Positions 26,074 through 26,714 of a stretch of DNA of 26,714 nucleotides are shown piece after piece. Each line of letters begins with the position of its first letter. Positions within the stretch are counted from its first letter, which is position 1. The notes beneath the pieces were generated by a model. That model worked only from the letters and a program-made list of their open reading frames with translations. It had not been told where the DNA came from and did not search any database. The position numbers were made by a program, and so were the translations under genes. The stretch is from Verrucomicrobiota bacterium (lineage in GTDB: Bacteria > Verrucomicrobiota > Verrucomicrobiia > Limisphaerales > Palsa-1400): contig JBEKYR010000061.1 of assembly GCA_049510745.1 (NCBI GenBank), forward strand, positions 1 through 26,714. The letters run 5' to 3'.

Positions 26074-26714
26074 GTGAGCATTAACCGTTTTAATAGTCGG
26101 ATGCTGGTCGCGATAAGGGCGACCCTCATAACATTCGCGAGTTTTTTTCCCTCGGAATCGCTTGCATCGCAGCTTCCAGAGGCGTTTGACAGGAACTCGG
26201 TGCAGTTTATTTTTCGTAAAGTAGGAACCAATTATTATCCGTCTGGCACGTGTTTTGGTGTGTCGGTGCCCCTCCACGTGAGGCCGTGGTGGAAGCCAAT
26301 TGTTGAGTGGTTCGATTGGTTTTATTTGTTTCATTCTCCTCCAGTAAGCTATCGGTTCCCATATTTCGTTACGGCAAAGCATGTTCTGCTTGACACAAAC
26401 GGAAACGTTCGTCCCGAATTATACTGGCGACTAAACAAAACAGAGGGCGGGGTTACATACACTCCGCTGGCAATAGACACGTCGAATTACTTAAGGATAA
26501 TGACGCACCGGGACAAATCGGTTGACATTGCAGTTTTCACGTTTGGGGAAACCCTCCTTACCAACACCAATTTTGTCAAATTACTACCGCGGACTGCACG
26601 CACTCCAATTAAAAAAGATATCAAGACGGCTTCGTTTCCTTCGTCTGTTCTGAACGGGAAGCATTACTTCGAGAAGCATCCCATTTACGAGGGTGAGGAT
26701 ATGTTTTTTGTTGG
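26074..26714 (+). CDS. Trypsin-like serine protease, 3'-truncated by the window edge
   Basis: Open frame from GTG 26074 or ATG 26101 to the end without a stop (absent from ORF track): signal-like N-terminus, SGTCF, FVTAKHV (His), SVDIAV (Asp), EGEDMFFVG; catalytic Ser would lie beyond the window. Confidence 0.75.
   Translation, partial: MSINRFNSRMLVAIRATLITFASFFPSESLASQLPEAFDRNSVQFIFRKVGTNYYPSGTCFGVSVPLHVRPWWKPIVEWFDWFYLFHSPPVSYRFPYFVTAKHVLLDTNGNVRPELYWRLNKTEGGVTYTPLAIDTSNYLRIMTHRDKSVDIAVFTFGETLLTNTNFVKLLPRTARTPIKKDIKTASFPSSVLNGKHYFEKHPIYEGEDMFFV

Noticed and set aside
26023..26382. 119-aa minus-strand ORF
   Set aside because: Antisense to the trypsin-like ORF, which has catalytic motifs.
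1..26714. CRISPR array, tRNA/rRNA, integron attC sites, transposase or integrase
   Set aside because: No regularly spaced repeats, cloverleafs, attC box pairs or recombinase motifs recognised by eye; a computational scan was not possible.

Overview
GC-rich bacterial chromosomal segment; gene content (PSCyt1-type cytochrome c/FGE fusion, Tat Gfo/Idh/MocA) suggests PVC superphylum, probably Verrucomicrobiota (inference). It holds a complete L-arabinose cluster on the minus strand (ROK regulator, araA, araB, araD, lipoprotein aldose 1-epimerase, SSS transporter, secreted Abp-like GH27), housekeeping genes (M42 peptidase, SDR epimerase, lemA, comB, GT2, glcD-like oxidase, gnd, HAD, Rrf2, ferritin) and AT-richer accessory patches (class I methyltransferase, atypical GH43_24-like enzyme, a trypsin-like ORF running off the right edge). 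Structure not shown by the ORF track: a 184-bp MITE (25-bp TIRs, 8-bp TSD) carrying a promoter and a 15-bp palindrome aimed at the methyltransferase; a Phd antitoxin followed by what looks like only the C-terminal tail of a RelE-like toxin; two heme-less mini-copies of the cytochrome c domain in the FGE protein; a ROK-type operator before araA; many apparent leaderless sigma70 promoters; a palindrome/DnaA-box-like cluster at the left edge. No tRNA, rRNA, CRISPR array or transposase was recognised. Family assignments are from motif recognition by eye, not from searches.
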